From Candidatus Omnitrophota bacterium (lineage in GTDB: Bacteria; Omnitrophota; Gorgyraeia; Pluralincolimonadales; Pluralincolimonadaceae), in assembly GCA_041653595.1 (NCBI GenBank), contig JBAZFB010000006.1, positions 17,503 to 81,502 of the forward strand: DNA of 64,000 nt, written 5' to 3'. Position 1 is the first letter of the stretch, and every line of letters starts with the position of its first letter. Of the stretch, positions 46,357-56,826 are shown in pieces. A program made the position numbers and the translations under genes. A model generated the notes under the pieces. It saw nothing but the letters and a program-made list of their open reading frames with translations, made no database searches and was not told where the DNA came from.

Positions 46357-47835
46357 ATGAAAGAACTGAAATTCGATTTCAATAACATGTTCGGTTTCAA
46401 TGTCGGAAAAGAGAATGGCGTCGAGGAAACGGAATTAAACGCCCTCTCCTACTCCGTAAAAGAGGCGCATGAACACCTGGCCTCTGTCCTGGCCGACAGC
46501 CGCAACAGGGTAAAATTGGGCCTTGAATGGACGCGCCTGCCTTTCCAGGATAAAAAGGAAATAAAAAATATCCGGAAGCTGGGGAACGAGATAGCGAAAA
46601 AATACGAGAACGTGATATCCCTGGGCATAGGCGGTTCGTATCTCGGCCTGAAGGCGGCGCAGGACGCCCTTTGTCCTCCTTATTATAACGAATTCGCCGG
46701 CGCCAGGAAGAAACGGCCGAGGGTATATTTCGAGGGGAATAACCTCGACCCGGACACGCTGTCTGTGCTGCTGAAAAATTTAAATCCGAAAAAGACATTT
46801 GTGGTAGTCATCTCCAAATCAGGCGAGACGACCGAGACTAAGACCGCCTTTATCGCCGTCGAGAACTGGCTTAAGAAAGGCGCGGGCAAGGACTACGGCA
46901 GGCAGATATTCGCGATAACCGACCCCGAATCCGGGAGCCTGCGCAAGATCGTAGACCGGCACCGGGAGAAGGACAAGCTGAGTTTCAGGAACCTCCCGCT
47001 GATGAAAGGCGTGGGCGGAAGGTTCTCGGAATTCAATATGGGCCTCCTTCATCTCGCGATAATCGGCATCGACATAGAGAAAGTCCTCGAGGGCGCCGCT
47101 GATATGTGCAAAAGGTGCGGGACGATCGACCTCTACAGGAACCCCGCATACATGTACGCGGCCCTGCACACGATACTCTACAGGATGAAAGGCAAGGATA
47201 TAGCCATAATCATGCCTTTCTCCGAGACTTTGAAATCCACTGCCGACTGGTACGTCCAGATGCTCGCCGAGAGCCTGGGGAAGAAATATGCCAGGAAGAT
47301 AAACAAGGCGCGGGACGGGCGCGAGGAATGGGTAAACGACACCGGCCGCGTAGTAAACGCCGGGCGCACTCCTATCTCCGCGCGCGGGACGAACGACCTG
47401 CATTCCATCCAGCAGAACAACATCGAGGGGATGAATAATAAGGTCGTGACCTTCATCCGCGTCGAAAAATTTAACAATGAGATCAAGGTCCCCTCGGGCC
47501 CGGAAAGCGGCATCCTCGCAGGAAAAAAGTTCTCGGAGATGATAACGCTCGCCCAGGAGGCGACGGAGTGGGCTCTAGTGCGGGAATCGAGGCCGAACTG
47601 CACGATAATGATGCGCGAGGCCTCGGCTTATAATTGGGGCGCCCTTCTCTTCTTCTTCGAGATGGCAACGGCTTTCGAGGGGGAACTGCTGGGAGTCAAC
47701 GCCTTCGACCAGCCCGGCGTGGAGGGATATAAGAACTATATGTATTATAAGCTCGGCAAACCCGGCCTTTCCGAGAAGGTCGCCGACGAAATAAAGAACA
47801 ATCCTCTCCTCAAAAACCCCAAATTCATCCTATAA
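46357..47835 (+). CDS. pgi: glucose-6-phosphate isomerase
   Basis: SLGIGGSYLGLKAAQDAL sugar-isomerase signature. 492 aa. The only large plus-strand gene besides exosortase/EpsI. Confidence 0.85.
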   Translation: MKELKFDFNNMFGFNVGKENGVEETELNALSYSVKEAHEHLASVLADSRNRVKLGLEWTRLPFQDKKEIKNIRKLGNEIAKKYENVISLGIGGSYLGLKAAQDALCPPYYNEFAGARKKRPRVYFEGNNLDPDTLSVLLKNLNPKKTFVVVISKSGETTETKTAFIAVENWLKKGAGKDYGRQIFAITDPESGSLRKIVDRHREKDKLSFRNLPLMKGVGGRFSEFNMGLLHLAIIGIDIEKVLEGAADMCKRCGTIDLYRNPAYMYAALHTILYRMKGKDIAIIMPFSETLKSTADWYVQMLAESLGKKYARKINKARDGREEWVNDTGRVVNAGRTPISARGTNDLHSIQQNNIEGMNNKVVTFIRVEKFNNEIKVPSGPESGILAGKKFSEMITLAQEATEWALVRESRPNCTIMMREASAYNWGALLFFFEMATAFEGELLGVNAFDQPGVEGYKNYMYYKLGKPGLSEKVADEIKNNPLLKNPKFIL

Positions 47836-47848
47836 GGAATTATGGTGA

Positions 47849-48835
47849 TTATTCTTTAGGGATGATAATTTTGGTCCCGGCTTTCAATTTGTTCGGGTCC
47901 TTGATTTTTTCCTTGTTGACCTCATAGAGATATTTCCACTTCGCGGGATTCCCGAGTTCCTTCTTCGCGATGGAAGAAAGAGTATCGCCTTTCTGCACTA
48001 CATACTCTCTTTTGGAGACCTTTATCTTGCTCTCGACATTCTTCTCTTCCTCGATGACATATTTTCCCTCTTCAACCTTCGTGGCCTGTTCGAGCTGCGC
48101 CTCGCCCGGGGCCGGGATCATTACCTCCTCGACCTCGGCTATCATGAACTGGGCGTTGCGGTCCTTCTGCATCCCGACCAGGTCTGTGACCGGCGCGATG
48201 GCGTCGAGCTTTCCGCGGCTTACTATCTTGATACGGCTATTCGGTATACCGTTCTTGAGCATGAAATCTTTCACCGCGTCGGCGCGCTGCCTTCCGAGTT
48301 TTTCATTGTATTTTTCCGTTCCGCGGATGTCGCAGTTACCTGTTATAAGGATGCTGCAGTCGGGATTATGCTTTAAAGTCCAGACGGCCTCATCGAGGAT
48401 CTTCTTGACGTCAACGCGCAAATAGGATTTGTTATAATCAAAGTAGATCTTGACGTTCTTTTTTATGTTCTTGATGAGCAGCGACGGCCTCAATTCCTGC
48501 GGCTTGGGGGGAGGCAATTCTTCCGATTTATAATCGAATATTATCTTATACATGTATATGTAACCCCTGTTCCCCCACAGCGCGGTCGTGCCGGGCGCAG
48601 CAGTGCCGGGCTCCTTCGGCCACCACCAGTATCCGCCCATATCCGCGTCCTTTATGGGAGCCGGTTGAGCGTCGGTAGGCCACCATTGGAATTGTTTCTG
48701 TAATTCCTGCATTTCGGTTTCGCGGTTGGCCTTTTTCTCCTCTTTGCTCATGAAAAGGCTTGTGGCAAACAGGTTCGGCGCGGTCAAAATGATCAGGCCG
48801 ATTAATGCGTATCTCACGATCGTCCTTTTCGACAT
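47849..48835 (-). CDS. OmpA-family peptidoglycan-binding protein with C-terminal LysM
   Basis: Signal peptide. OmpA_C motif (ITGNCDIRGTEKYNEKLGRQRADAV). C-terminal LysM (YVVQKGDTLSSIAKKELG...). Confidence 0.7.
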   Translation of the reverse strand: MSKRTIVRYALIGLIILTAPNLFATSLFMSKEEKKANRETEMQELQKQFQWWPTDAQPAPIKDADMGGYWWWPKEPGTAAPGTTALWGNRGYIYMYKIIFDYKSEELPPPKPQELRPSLLIKNIKKNVKIYFDYNKSYLRVDVKKILDEAVWTLKHNPDCSILITGNCDIRGTEKYNEKLGRQRADAVKDFMLKNGIPNSRIKIVSRGKLDAIAPVTDLVGMQKDRNAQFMIAEVEEVMIPAPGEAQLEQATKVEEGKYVIEEEKNVESKIKVSKREYVVQKGDTLSSIAKKELGNPAKWKYLYEVNKEKIKDPNKLKAGTKIIIPKE

Positions 48836-48849
48836 TCTAGGTCCCTCCT

Positions 48850-49761
48850 TTAAAGGGTTTTAGGTAAAATTTTTATGCCGCGGAATAAGACCAGGTGATC
48901 CTGCAATTGGATGAGAGGCTTCTTCGGAAGCCAGAATTTCCTATATACGAACTCGGTGATCTCCTCTCTCTGCGCAACGCTGTAGTTATGGACGTTGGGA
49001 TAGAGCATTATCATCCAGATCACCGCCATGAATTCCCCGAAATCATCGACGAAGAAATTTACGCGGCTCCTTTTCATCAGGACCTTCGCCTTCCGGAATA
49101 CGGGGTCCTTATCGAGCTCCCTCCTGAAATGCCGGAGATCCTGGTCGTTATGGCAGCCGAAGAATTTTCCGGCGAAATGGCCGTAGAGCCAGCTGGTCGT
49201 GGATTCACCGCCGCTCTTCGACGCCATCATTATAGCATGGATGGCCCCCCGCGGAGCAAGTATTCCGCGGTAAAGGTTATCGAAGAGCCGGTCCCATCCG
49301 GGCTCCTGGCAATAATAGAGCGAATGGTGAAGCATGATGAGGTCCATCCTTCTTCCGCCAAGGCGGCCATTCAAAAAACGGCCGGCGCCGCCGGGGCCTG
49401 AAAAGATCCTGTTGTAATCGCCGACGATGGTCTTGACGTGGTCAAGCGACTGCCTCTTGATGCGCTCGTCAACCAGGCCGAGCGATTTCTTTTCTATGTC
49501 CAAAAGATAGAGGCCTCCGCGGAAGACGGCCTCGAGTATCCTGAACTGGGGCTCGTTGCTGGAGCCGACCGAAAGGGCGGTAAGAGGTTTATCCGGCGGG
49601 AACTCCTTGCAGAGGGCCCTGATCACCGCGGCAAGTTTCTCGCCGCTGTCGACCTTATCCTTGCTGTATTTGGCCCAGATCTTGTCCTCTTCGAACATCT
49701 TCGAATCGGAGATCCTGACCCCTTTTTCTATCAACCTCATTCCCGCGGGACCGATACCCAT
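48850..49761 (-). CDS. hypothetical protein (possible degenerate methyltransferase fold)
   Basis: 303 aa. No clear SAM motif I. Weak similarity pattern only. Confidence 0.3.
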   Translation of the reverse strand: MGIGPAGMRLIEKGVRISDSKMFEEDKIWAKYSKDKVDSGEKLAAVIRALCKEFPPDKPLTALSVGSSNEPQFRILEAVFRGGLYLLDIEKKSLGLVDERIKRQSLDHVKTIVGDYNRIFSGPGGAGRFLNGRLGGRRMDLIMLHHSLYYCQEPGWDRLFDNLYRGILAPRGAIHAIMMASKSGGESTTSWLYGHFAGKFFGCHNDQDLRHFRRELDKDPVFRKAKVLMKRSRVNFFVDDFGEFMAVIWMIMLYPNVHNYSVAQREEITEFVYRKFWLPKKPLIQLQDHLVLFRGIKILPKTL

Positions 49762-49765
49762 CTTC

Positions 49766-50719
49766 TTACTGCGTCTCTCCGCTTCCTATCAGGCTCTCGT
49801 AAAACTCCCTGTAATCCTCTTTTTTGTCGCTTCCGCGCAGGGCCATCGCGGCGCGCGGATGTTCGTCAAGCATGCCGGTTATCGCGTACGGTATTATATA
49901 ACCCCATTCCATTTTTTCCCTCAGGGGGATAAATTCCTTCGATATCAGGTCGAGCACCGGACGTATATCGAACTTGGGGTTCTTGAGGAACCCGAGTATA
50001 AGCTCGAGCGGGCAGTTGCCCGCGGCCCTTCCCAGGCCGTAAACAGTCCCGTCGACGTAATTCGCGTTGTGGATTATCGCCTCTATCGTGTTGCCGAAGG
50101 CGAGCTGCTGGTTGTTGTGGGCGTGTATCCCGATCTCCTTGTCCTTTATTATGCCCTTTGCCTTCTTTACCAGCAGTTCGGTCGTCTCCTGGTACAGCGC
50201 TCCGTTGCTGTCCACGATATAGATGACGCCGGCCTTGCACTCTTCGTTAAGCTGGTGGAAAGCCTCGGTTAGCTCGTTGTCAGGCGCCCTGGAAATGGCC
50301 ATTATATTGACCGTCGTCTCATAACCCTTGTCCGCGAACCGGTTGGCGAGGAATATCGCCTTGTCTATGTCTTTGACATAACACGCGACCCGGACCATCG
50401 ACACCGGGCTCTCCTTCCGCGGTTTTACGTCTTCTACGTCCACGCGGTCGACATCGACCATGACCGAGATCTTCGTCTTCGATTCGATGCCGTCTATGAC
50501 CCTCTTTATCTGTTCATCGTCGCAGAATTTCCACTGGCCGTATTCCTTCTCCGAGAAGAGTTTCTTCGAGTTCTTATATCCTATCTCCATATAATCTATC
50601 CTGGCTTCCGAGAGCGCCTTATAGACCGCCCGGACGAACTTGAAGTCGAAGTCGTGTTTATTTATGAGCCCGCCGTCCCTTATCGTGCAGTCCAGCACCT
50701 TTATCTTTTCTCTGAACAC
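49766..50719 (-). CDS. DRE-TIM metallolyase (HMGL-like / pyruvate carboxyltransferase domain) protein
   Basis: LDCTIRDGG N-terminal motif and HAHNN (HxH) metal-binding motif. Confidence 0.6.
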   Translation of the reverse strand: MFREKIKVLDCTIRDGGLINKHDFDFKFVRAVYKALSEARIDYMEIGYKNSKKLFSEKEYGQWKFCDDEQIKRVIDGIESKTKISVMVDVDRVDVEDVKPRKESPVSMVRVACYVKDIDKAIFLANRFADKGYETTVNIMAISRAPDNELTEAFHQLNEECKAGVIYIVDSNGALYQETTELLVKKAKGIIKDKEIGIHAHNNQQLAFGNTIEAIIHNANYVDGTVYGLGRAAGNCPLELILGFLKNPKFDIRPVLDLISKEFIPLREKMEWGYIIPYAITGMLDEHPRAAMALRGSDKKEDYREFYESLIGSGETQ

Positions 50720-50749
50720 TTTATTGGTCTCCTCCTCTTAAGGTCATGC

Positions 50750-52159
50750 TCAAGCATCCTTACCTTCCCTGCTCAATACCCTGAGGAAGGCATCGACTAA
50801 TAGCGGGTTGAACTGCGTCCCGCTGTGCTTTTTTAATTCTTCTATGGCAACCTCTTTAGTCAGCGGTCCCCTGTAGGCGCGGGTAGTGGTCATGGCGTCA
50901 TAAGCGTCGGCGACCGAGACGATCTGGGCTAACATATCTATCTCATCGCCTTTAAGGCCGTCAGGATAACCCGAACCGTCGTACCGTTCGTGATGCGACC
51001 TGACGATGGAGAGCATACGCTTATCCAGGAAGACAGGTCCCAATATCTCCTCTCCCGTAACCGGATGTTGCTTGACCGTCCTCCATTCTTCATCGGTCAG
51101 TTTTTCCACCTTGTTCAATACCCTCTCGTCGATGCCTAATTTTCCTATATCATGGAGCTCGGCCACTTCTTTCAGCATGTCGGCGTCTTTTACGGAAAGT
51201 CCCGTCTCGAGGGCGAGCGCGCGCGAATACTCGGAGACCCTGTCAGAGTGGCCGCTCGTGTAACTGTCTTTCGCTTCAAGCCCGCGCACTAACGATTGGA
51301 CGATGCGGTAGAAATAATCCCGTAAGGCCTCTTTTGACGCGACGAGGCTCTCTGCCATTTTATTAAAGGACTCGCCCAACCTGCCGATCTCATCTCTTCC
51401 TTTTATGTGGACCCTGTATTGGAGGTCTCCCGTCGCGAAGTGCCTGGTAGCTTCCTCGAGTTCCTTGACCGGATCGGTCGCCCTCTTTGAGACCAGGAGC
51501 CCTAAGGCTACGGAGATCAGCATGCCCGCGCCCAATACCAAAATAGCGCGCCGTAAGAGTTCCCTCTGTGTCCCGTAAACATTTTGCGCGCTGATATCTA
51601 TCCCGAGTATGGCTACCGCCTTGCCGTCCTTGCCGCGGATGGGAGCGTAGCCCGAGAGGGTGGCCCCCCATTCGTCGATCATGAGTTTACTATCGGCGGA
51701 AGGGCCCGATAGCGCTTTTAACATCTCAGGGAACCTCGAGGCGTCATACTTATCCCCCGGGTACGAGGTGGCCCCCGACTCCCCCTTGGTCTGGACCCTG
51801 GGTTCGGGATCGACTATAAACTGCCATACGCCCTTGTCGGTCCGGTCCATGGTGTATATGAAAAGTATCTGGGGGTTCGCTTTTTTTATCTGTGATAATT
51901 TTTCGGCGATGGTATTGTATTGCGAGCTTTTTACGCCGGCGCGGTCAAGCGGGACCTGCATAAGGAGATCGGGATCCACGGTAAAGGCCGCCGTCTGCGC
52001 GACCATCTTGAGGTGTTCCCTGAACTGCTCGAATTGCGCTCTATAGCTGAATTGGTATAAGAGCAGGCTGCTGATCGCGGCCACCAAAAACAGTGAAAGG
52101 ACGAGGGCCACCGTGATCTTCGAACGAAAACTCCCGAAAAAGAATTGGTTATTGTTCAT
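50750..52159 (-). CDS. HD-GYP c-di-GMP phosphodiesterase with periplasmic Cache-like sensor and HAMP
   Basis: Two TM helices flanking a periplasmic domain. HAMP (DEIGRLGESFNKMAESL). HD motif HDIGK and GYP motif GSGYPDGLKG. Confidence 0.8.
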   Translation of the reverse strand: MNNNQFFFGSFRSKITVALVLSLFLVAAISSLLLYQFSYRAQFEQFREHLKMVAQTAAFTVDPDLLMQVPLDRAGVKSSQYNTIAEKLSQIKKANPQILFIYTMDRTDKGVWQFIVDPEPRVQTKGESGATSYPGDKYDASRFPEMLKALSGPSADSKLMIDEWGATLSGYAPIRGKDGKAVAILGIDISAQNVYGTQRELLRRAILVLGAGMLISVALGLLVSKRATDPVKELEEATRHFATGDLQYRVHIKGRDEIGRLGESFNKMAESLVASKEALRDYFYRIVQSLVRGLEAKDSYTSGHSDRVSEYSRALALETGLSVKDADMLKEVAELHDIGKLGIDERVLNKVEKLTDEEWRTVKQHPVTGEEILGPVFLDKRMLSIVRSHHERYDGSGYPDGLKGDEIDMLAQIVSVADAYDAMTTTRAYRGPLTKEVAIEELKKHSGTQFNPLLVDAFLRVLSREGKDA

Positions 52160-52245
52160 ATGGGCCTGCCGTTGCCTCCATCGGTATAGTAGATATTATA
52201 CGTATATACCGCCGTAAATCAAGATGGCACTTGTGATAACAATAT

Positions 52246-52989
52246 TCATCGGATCGATCGGGAAACCTTTTTCCCCGCAGAAAGCCGCAAGGCATAACCG
52301 ATGACTTTGATGTAGCTCCAGCCTACCGCGAAGAGGCGGAACTTTGACTTTCCCATCCCGGCCCCCCTCTGTATCCATGATACCGGGACTTCCGCGATAT
52401 TATATCCCGCAACGATGGGGAATATGCCTGTCTCCGCATTTATGGCGAAATCACCGCTCCTCCACGGCAGGCCGCGTATTATCTCCGCCTTATAAAGTTT
52501 AAAATTATTGGTGAGGTCTTTCTGCCTTATATTGAAAAGCGCCCTGACGATAAAATGGAACGAGCGGTTCATTATCTTCTTCATGGGCGGATAATTGACC
52601 AGCTTCCCGCCTTCCATATACCGCGAGCCTATCGCCCCGTCGAACCCTTTCCGCTCCGCTGCCGCGATAAGCGACCGCACCTCCTTGATATTCTCTATAA
52701 AATCCGAATCCATCGTAAGGACATAATCGGCCTTGGGGCTGACGTTCCTGAAACCGGTCTTTAACGCGAGCCCGGCCCCGCTCGGCCGGCCTTTTTCTAT
52801 CAGCCTGACTTTGCTGTCGCGGCCCATCCAGGCCCGGACGATATCTGACGTCCTGTCCGTGCTGGAGTCGCTGACCACAAGGACCTCGAGAAGCTCGTCC
52901 GGATAATTACCCAGCAGGCCTTCAAGCATCCCGCCGATATTCTCTTCTTCGTTATGGGCGATCAAGACAGCCGAGAGGTTGCCTTTCAT
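52246..52989 (-). CDS. GT2 polyprenyl-phosphate sugar synthase (DPM1/ArnC-like)
   Basis: AVLIAHNEEENIGGML...VVSDSSTDRTSDI...DSDF. About 250 aa, a soluble GT-A fold. Confidence 0.7.
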   Translation of the reverse strand: MKGNLSAVLIAHNEEENIGGMLEGLLGNYPDELLEVLVVSDSSTDRTSDIVRAWMGRDSKVRLIEKGRPSGAGLALKTGFRNVSPKADYVLTMDSDFIENIKEVRSLIAAAERKGFDGAIGSRYMEGGKLVNYPPMKKIMNRSFHFIVRALFNIRQKDLTNNFKLYKAEIIRGLPWRSGDFAINAETGIFPIVAGYNIAEVPVSWIQRGAGMGKSKFRLFAVGWSYIKVIGYALRLSAGKKVSRSIR

Positions 52990-54245
52990 CGCGGACCGGC
53001 CTTTTTAAGCAGCGGGGTCCCGATAATGGCCTTCACCATCGCCGCCCACAAGAACAGGGTGGCCCACGAAATAAGGGAAATACTTTTGAAAACAGGCACG
53101 AACACCAGGCAGGTGGAAATAAATAAGGCCGAAGCGGCCGCAAGCAGGAATTTTTTCCCGGCCGGCGGGGTTTCCGCGCGCGCGGCATAGTTAAGGACGG
53201 CGAAATAAATGACAAACGTCCAACCCCAGGTGTAATAAATGCAATACTGGGGAAGCAAGAGCGCGAGCATTAAAAAGACCGGATAGAGCAGCCCCTGCGA
53301 GGATTCTTCCCTGTTCTTCCAGGCCGCGATGCATGACAACAGGACGATCACCGCCGAAAGGCCCCTGATAAGCAGATGGATCAATTCCGGAGAAACGAGA
53401 TAACGGAAATTATTGGTCCCGCCCGGCGCCAATAGCCTTCCGACGGCCCCGGGAAGCGATTGGTTGCTTACCCTCAGGTCGAGGTAGTTCACGTAAGAGG
53501 CCGCGGCAGAGAACGGCTTGATGGCGCGGTCGAACCATTCTCCCAGCAGGTAATTATTGAACCCTATGCCGAATACCGCGGAAGGGACCAGGAAAAAAAT
53601 GACAAAAAAGCCCGCGATGAAGCTAAGGATGAACCTCCCCCTGCTTTTTAATACAAAATAAAGGATAAAGACCAGCAAAGGGCTGTATACGGTCAGGGCG
53701 AGGCAGAAGTATACGGCCGAAAAGAACATCCTTCTTTCCTTGAACAATAAAAGGGCCGTCAGAAGGAAAAATAGGGCGACGAGCTTGTTCTGGCTGTTGG
53801 ACAATTCATATAACAGGAAAGGCAAAGCCAAGAGGAGGCTTATCTTCAGGTTCAGCAAACCCTCCTCTTTAGTGCGCGACCGGATGAGCCGGAGCAATAT
53901 CAACCCGCTGAGCGCTACCGCGGCGAGCTCGGCCAGGTACCATGCGAATATGGAGGGCAACATGCCTTTGAAAGTCAAGGGTTCCGCGGCCGAGAATTCG
54001 GCCATTTCGCTTCCCAGCATAAAGGGATATTGGAGTATCGTCATCCCCGGCGCGTAACGGAAGAGCGGACGGTTTACGTCGGAAATATTATCATACGGCG
54101 ACTTGCCGTGCAATACCTGGTTGACTCCATACAACCCCACCTTCAGGTCCCTGCCGCCCCTCATGGAAAGCGAGATGCCTGTGACTATGACTGCTATAGA
54201 GACGGCCGACCAGAAAAAAATATTAAAGACCCTGTATCTTTTCAT
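52986..54245 (-). CDS. polytopic membrane glycosyltransferase, GT87/DUF2029-like (GT-C fold) candidate
   Basis: 419 aa with more than 10 TM helices. N-terminal loop ...[15 protein letters not shown]. Translationally coupled between the GT2 and the epimerase. Confidence 0.4.
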   Translation of the reverse strand: MKRYRVFNIFFWSAVSIAVIVTGISLSMRGGRDLKVGLYGVNQVLHGKSPYDNISDVNRPLFRYAPGMTILQYPFMLGSEMAEFSAAEPLTFKGMLPSIFAWYLAELAAVALSGLILLRLIRSRTKEEGLLNLKISLLLALPFLLYELSNSQNKLVALFFLLTALLLFKERRMFFSAVYFCLALTVYSPLLVFILYFVLKSRGRFILSFIAGFFVIFFLVPSAVFGIGFNNYLLGEWFDRAIKPFSAAASYVNYLDLRVSNQSLPGAVGRLLAPGGTNNFRYLVSPELIHLLIRGLSAVIVLLSCIAAWKNREESSQGLLYPVFLMLALLLPQYCIYYTWGWTFVIYFAVLNYAARAETPPAGKKFLLAAASALFISTCLVFVPVFKSISLISWATLFLWAAMVKAIIGTPLLKKAGPR

Positions 54246-55306
54246 TTATTTCCGGACAATTCTTTCTGTTGTTTGAATATGTCCCCGATCAGGCCGCGGG
54301 CATCGTAGGAGATCTTCCAGCCGGGATAATGGGACTTGAATTTTGAGAGCCCGGATATCCACCATATGTGGTCCCCTATCCTGTTCCGGTCGACGTAATC
54401 GTAAGGCATCTTCCTGCCGGAGACCTCCTCGCAAAGCCCTATCGCCTCAAGGACAGAAACGCTGGTGCTCCTGCCCCCGCCCATATTATAGACCTCTCCG
54501 GAGCGGGGTTTTAGATAGAATTGGTGGAAGGCCTCGACGAGGTCGCGGGAATGGATGTTATCGCGCACCTGTTTTCCCTTATAGCCGATGATAGTATACT
54601 TCTTCCCGGAGACGCAGCATTTCACCAGGTAGGACAGGAAACCGTGAAGCTCGGCCCCGGAATGATACGGTCCTGTTATGCAGCCGCACCTGAATGCCGC
54701 GGTCTTGAGGCCGAAATACCTGCCGTATTCCTGGACGAGTATATCGGCGGCGGCCTTTGAGGCGCCGAAGAGGCTGTGGAGGCAGTTATCTATGCTGAAG
54801 GATTCGTCTATACCGCCGAAAAATTTGTGGTCCTCGGGCAGCTCGAACCTCTTCCCGAGCTCCACCAGGGGAAGCCTGTTGGGATTGTCACCGTAGACCT
54901 TGTTCGTCGAAAGGAAGATGAAGACCGCCTTTGGGGCGCGCAGCCTGAAATTTTCCAGGAGAGCCTGCGTCCCCCCGGCGTTTATATCGAAATCCGTGGA
55001 AGGTTCCCTGGCCGCCCAGTCATGCGAGGGCTGGGCCGCTGCGTGGATTATAAGGTCGAAATCGTATTTTGCGAAAAGGCCTTCGACAGCGGCCTTATCC
55101 CGTATATCGAAGTCATGATGGACATAATCCGGGGCGGTCTTGAGGAGAAGGTCTTTGTTCCATTCCACCGAACCCGCGTCGCCGAAGAATTTCTTCCTCA
55201 TGTTGTTGTCGACGCCGATGACGCCGAAACCCTTGTGAGAAAAAAATCTGACACACTCAGAACCTACGAGACCGGCAGAACCGGTCACAAGGACTAATTT
55301 CTTCAT
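54242..55306 (-). CDS. NAD-dependent sugar-nucleotide epimerase (extended SDR, CDP-paratose 2-epimerase-like)
   Basis: [10 protein letters not shown] Rossmann motif and an SDR-type YxxxK equivalent (SKAAAD) region. Confidence 0.75.
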   Translation of the reverse strand: MKKLVLVTGSAGLVGSECVRFFSHKGFGVIGVDNNMRKKFFGDAGSVEWNKDLLLKTAPDYVHHDFDIRDKAAVEGLFAKYDFDLIIHAAAQPSHDWAAREPSTDFDINAGGTQALLENFRLRAPKAVFIFLSTNKVYGDNPNRLPLVELGKRFELPEDHKFFGGIDESFSIDNCLHSLFGASKAAADILVQEYGRYFGLKTAAFRCGCITGPYHSGAELHGFLSYLVKCCVSGKKYTIIGYKGKQVRDNIHSRDLVEAFHQFYLKPRSGEVYNMGGGRSTSVSVLEAIGLCEEVSGRKMPYDYVDRNRIGDHIWWISGLSKFKSHYPGWKISYDARGLIGDIFKQQKELSGNK

Positions 55307-55338
55307 GTGTCATATTATAGCAGAATTTACGAAATACG

Positions 55339-55527
55339 CTATTCTGTTATTATGATCGCCGTCACGGGGCATTCATCCGCTGCCTGCTTGCAGGCGGCCT
55401 CGACGGCTTTAGGGACGGCGGCGACATAAACCACCGCCTTCTCTCCCTCCATTTTATAGACATCCGGACAGGTCTGCACGCACAATGTGCAGCCTATGCA
55501 GATATCCGGGTCGATTTTCACCTTCAT
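55339..55527 (-). CDS. small [4Fe-4S] ferredoxin
   Basis: CIGCTLCVQTCP ... C ... CP. Start taken at MKVKI. Confidence 0.6.
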   Translation of the reverse strand: MKVKIDPDICIGCTLCVQTCPDVYKMEGEKAVVYVAAVPKAVEAACKQAADECPVTAIIITE

Positions 55528-55563
55528 CCGATCTTCCCCTTCTTCTTTAAGCATTCTATTATC

Positions 55564-55932
55564 TTATCCGATAGCGGCTTCCACCGCGTTGATCACATCC
55601 AGGGGCTTAAACGGCTTCTTGAGGCATTTCTTGATACCGAATATGCTCAGGAGGAACGCGTATTCCTCCTTAAAGAACGACGACATCGCGATTATCGGGG
55701 TCTTTTCCAATTCCGGGAGCCGCCTTATCTCCTCGGCCAGCTGGAACCCGCTCCTCCCTGGCATCTTAAGATCGAGTATTATGAGATCCGGTTTTGTGCG
55801 GGACGCTATTTCCACCGCGGCGACGGAATCGTTGACGGGGATTATCTCATAGCCGCTCATAGACATCGTCTCGTTCAGCTCCTCGAGAAATTCCGTGTCG
55901 TCATCGACTATCATCACTTTTTTACCGGCCAT
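55564..55932 (-). CDS. single-domain response regulator (CheY-like receiver)
   Basis: KKVMIVDDD...DLIILDLKMPG...K receiver motifs. Start reassigned to MAGKK (55932) with an AAAGAG/GAGG SD, because the promoter B -10 lies at 55964..55959. Confidence 0.65.
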   Translation of the reverse strand: MAGKKVMIVDDDTEFLEELNETMSMSGYEIIPVNDSVAAVEIASRTKPDLIILDLKMPGRSGFQLAEEIRRLPELEKTPIIAMSSFFKEEYAFLLSIFGIKKCLKKPFKPLDVINAVEAAIG

Positions 55933-55954
55933 CTCTTTATGCCTCGTTTGATAC

Positions 55955-56030
55955 ATAGATATTATCTTATCGCGGTAAAAGTGTAAACAGGCTGTTTCCC
56001 CTTTTTATTGATATTTTTCTACTGAGGGCT
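55955..56030 (-). promoter_or_regulatory. promoter cassette copy B
   Basis: Minus strand: TTTACA (55987..55982), 17 nt, TAATAT (55964..55959). Upstream block GTAGAAAAATATCAATAAAAAGGGGAAA. Confidence 0.5.
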
Positions 56031-56047
56031 TACGGGTCAAAACGCGG

Positions 56048-56804
56048 TTACCGCTTCCGTTTAGCGGTTTTGGCCCGCTTGCCGGGGCTTTTGCCCGGCC
56101 TTACCTTCTTCCTGTATTCCGTCGGGGTGTATCCCGCTAACTTCTTGAACTGCCTTATGAACGACTCCGTGTTTTCGTAACCCATCCTCTCGGAGATCTG
56201 GTTTACATTGTAGTCGCCCTTTTTCAGGAGCTCTTTGGCCTTGCCTATCTTCAACTCCAATTTATAGTCGCTGAAACCTTTCTTTATGTTCTCTTTGAAT
56301 ATCCTGCTAAGGTATTTCGGGCTAAGGCAGACCGCGCCAGCGGCCTCGTTCAAGGTTATCTTCTTGTACCAGTTCCTTTCCATGAACCGTTTGACCTTCT
56401 CTATCTTCCCCTTTAAACCTTGTTCGTTCACTCCGCCTTCGCCGCGCCTGGCCTCCAGCAGGCCTTCTACCGTCTCTTTGAGCCTTGCGATGCCTACCGG
56501 CTTTTCCATATAATCGTCCGCGCGGGCCTTCAGGGCTTCGATCGCCATCTTTTGAACTATGCCCGGTCAGGATAATGATCTTTAGGTGCGGGTCCGTTTT
56601 TTTGATCTCAGCCAGGACGTCGAGGCCGTTCACTCCCGGCATCTTGACATCCAGGATCACCAGGCCGATCTCGTTCGCCCTGCCCAATAATTTCAGGGCC
56701 GCTTCCCCGTCAGGGACCTCGACCACATCGTATCCTTCCAGGAAGTCCCTGAGCTCGCTCCTCAGCCCTTCATCGTCATCCACTATCAAGATCTTATCAA
56801 CCAT
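56048..56804 (-). pseudogene. REC-AraC response regulator interrupted by a frameshift (or sequencing error) near 56546..56552
   Basis: The N-terminal receiver ORF (56322..56804) ends its real sequence at IIILTGHSSKD. The C-terminal ORF (56048..56548) begins MAIEALKARADDYMEKP, the expected continuation of a receiver domain, then an AraC HTH. The two frames are offset by 1 nt at a TTTT run. Confidence 0.55.
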
Positions 56805-56826
56805 GGGCTTCCTCTCTTTCCTTTTT

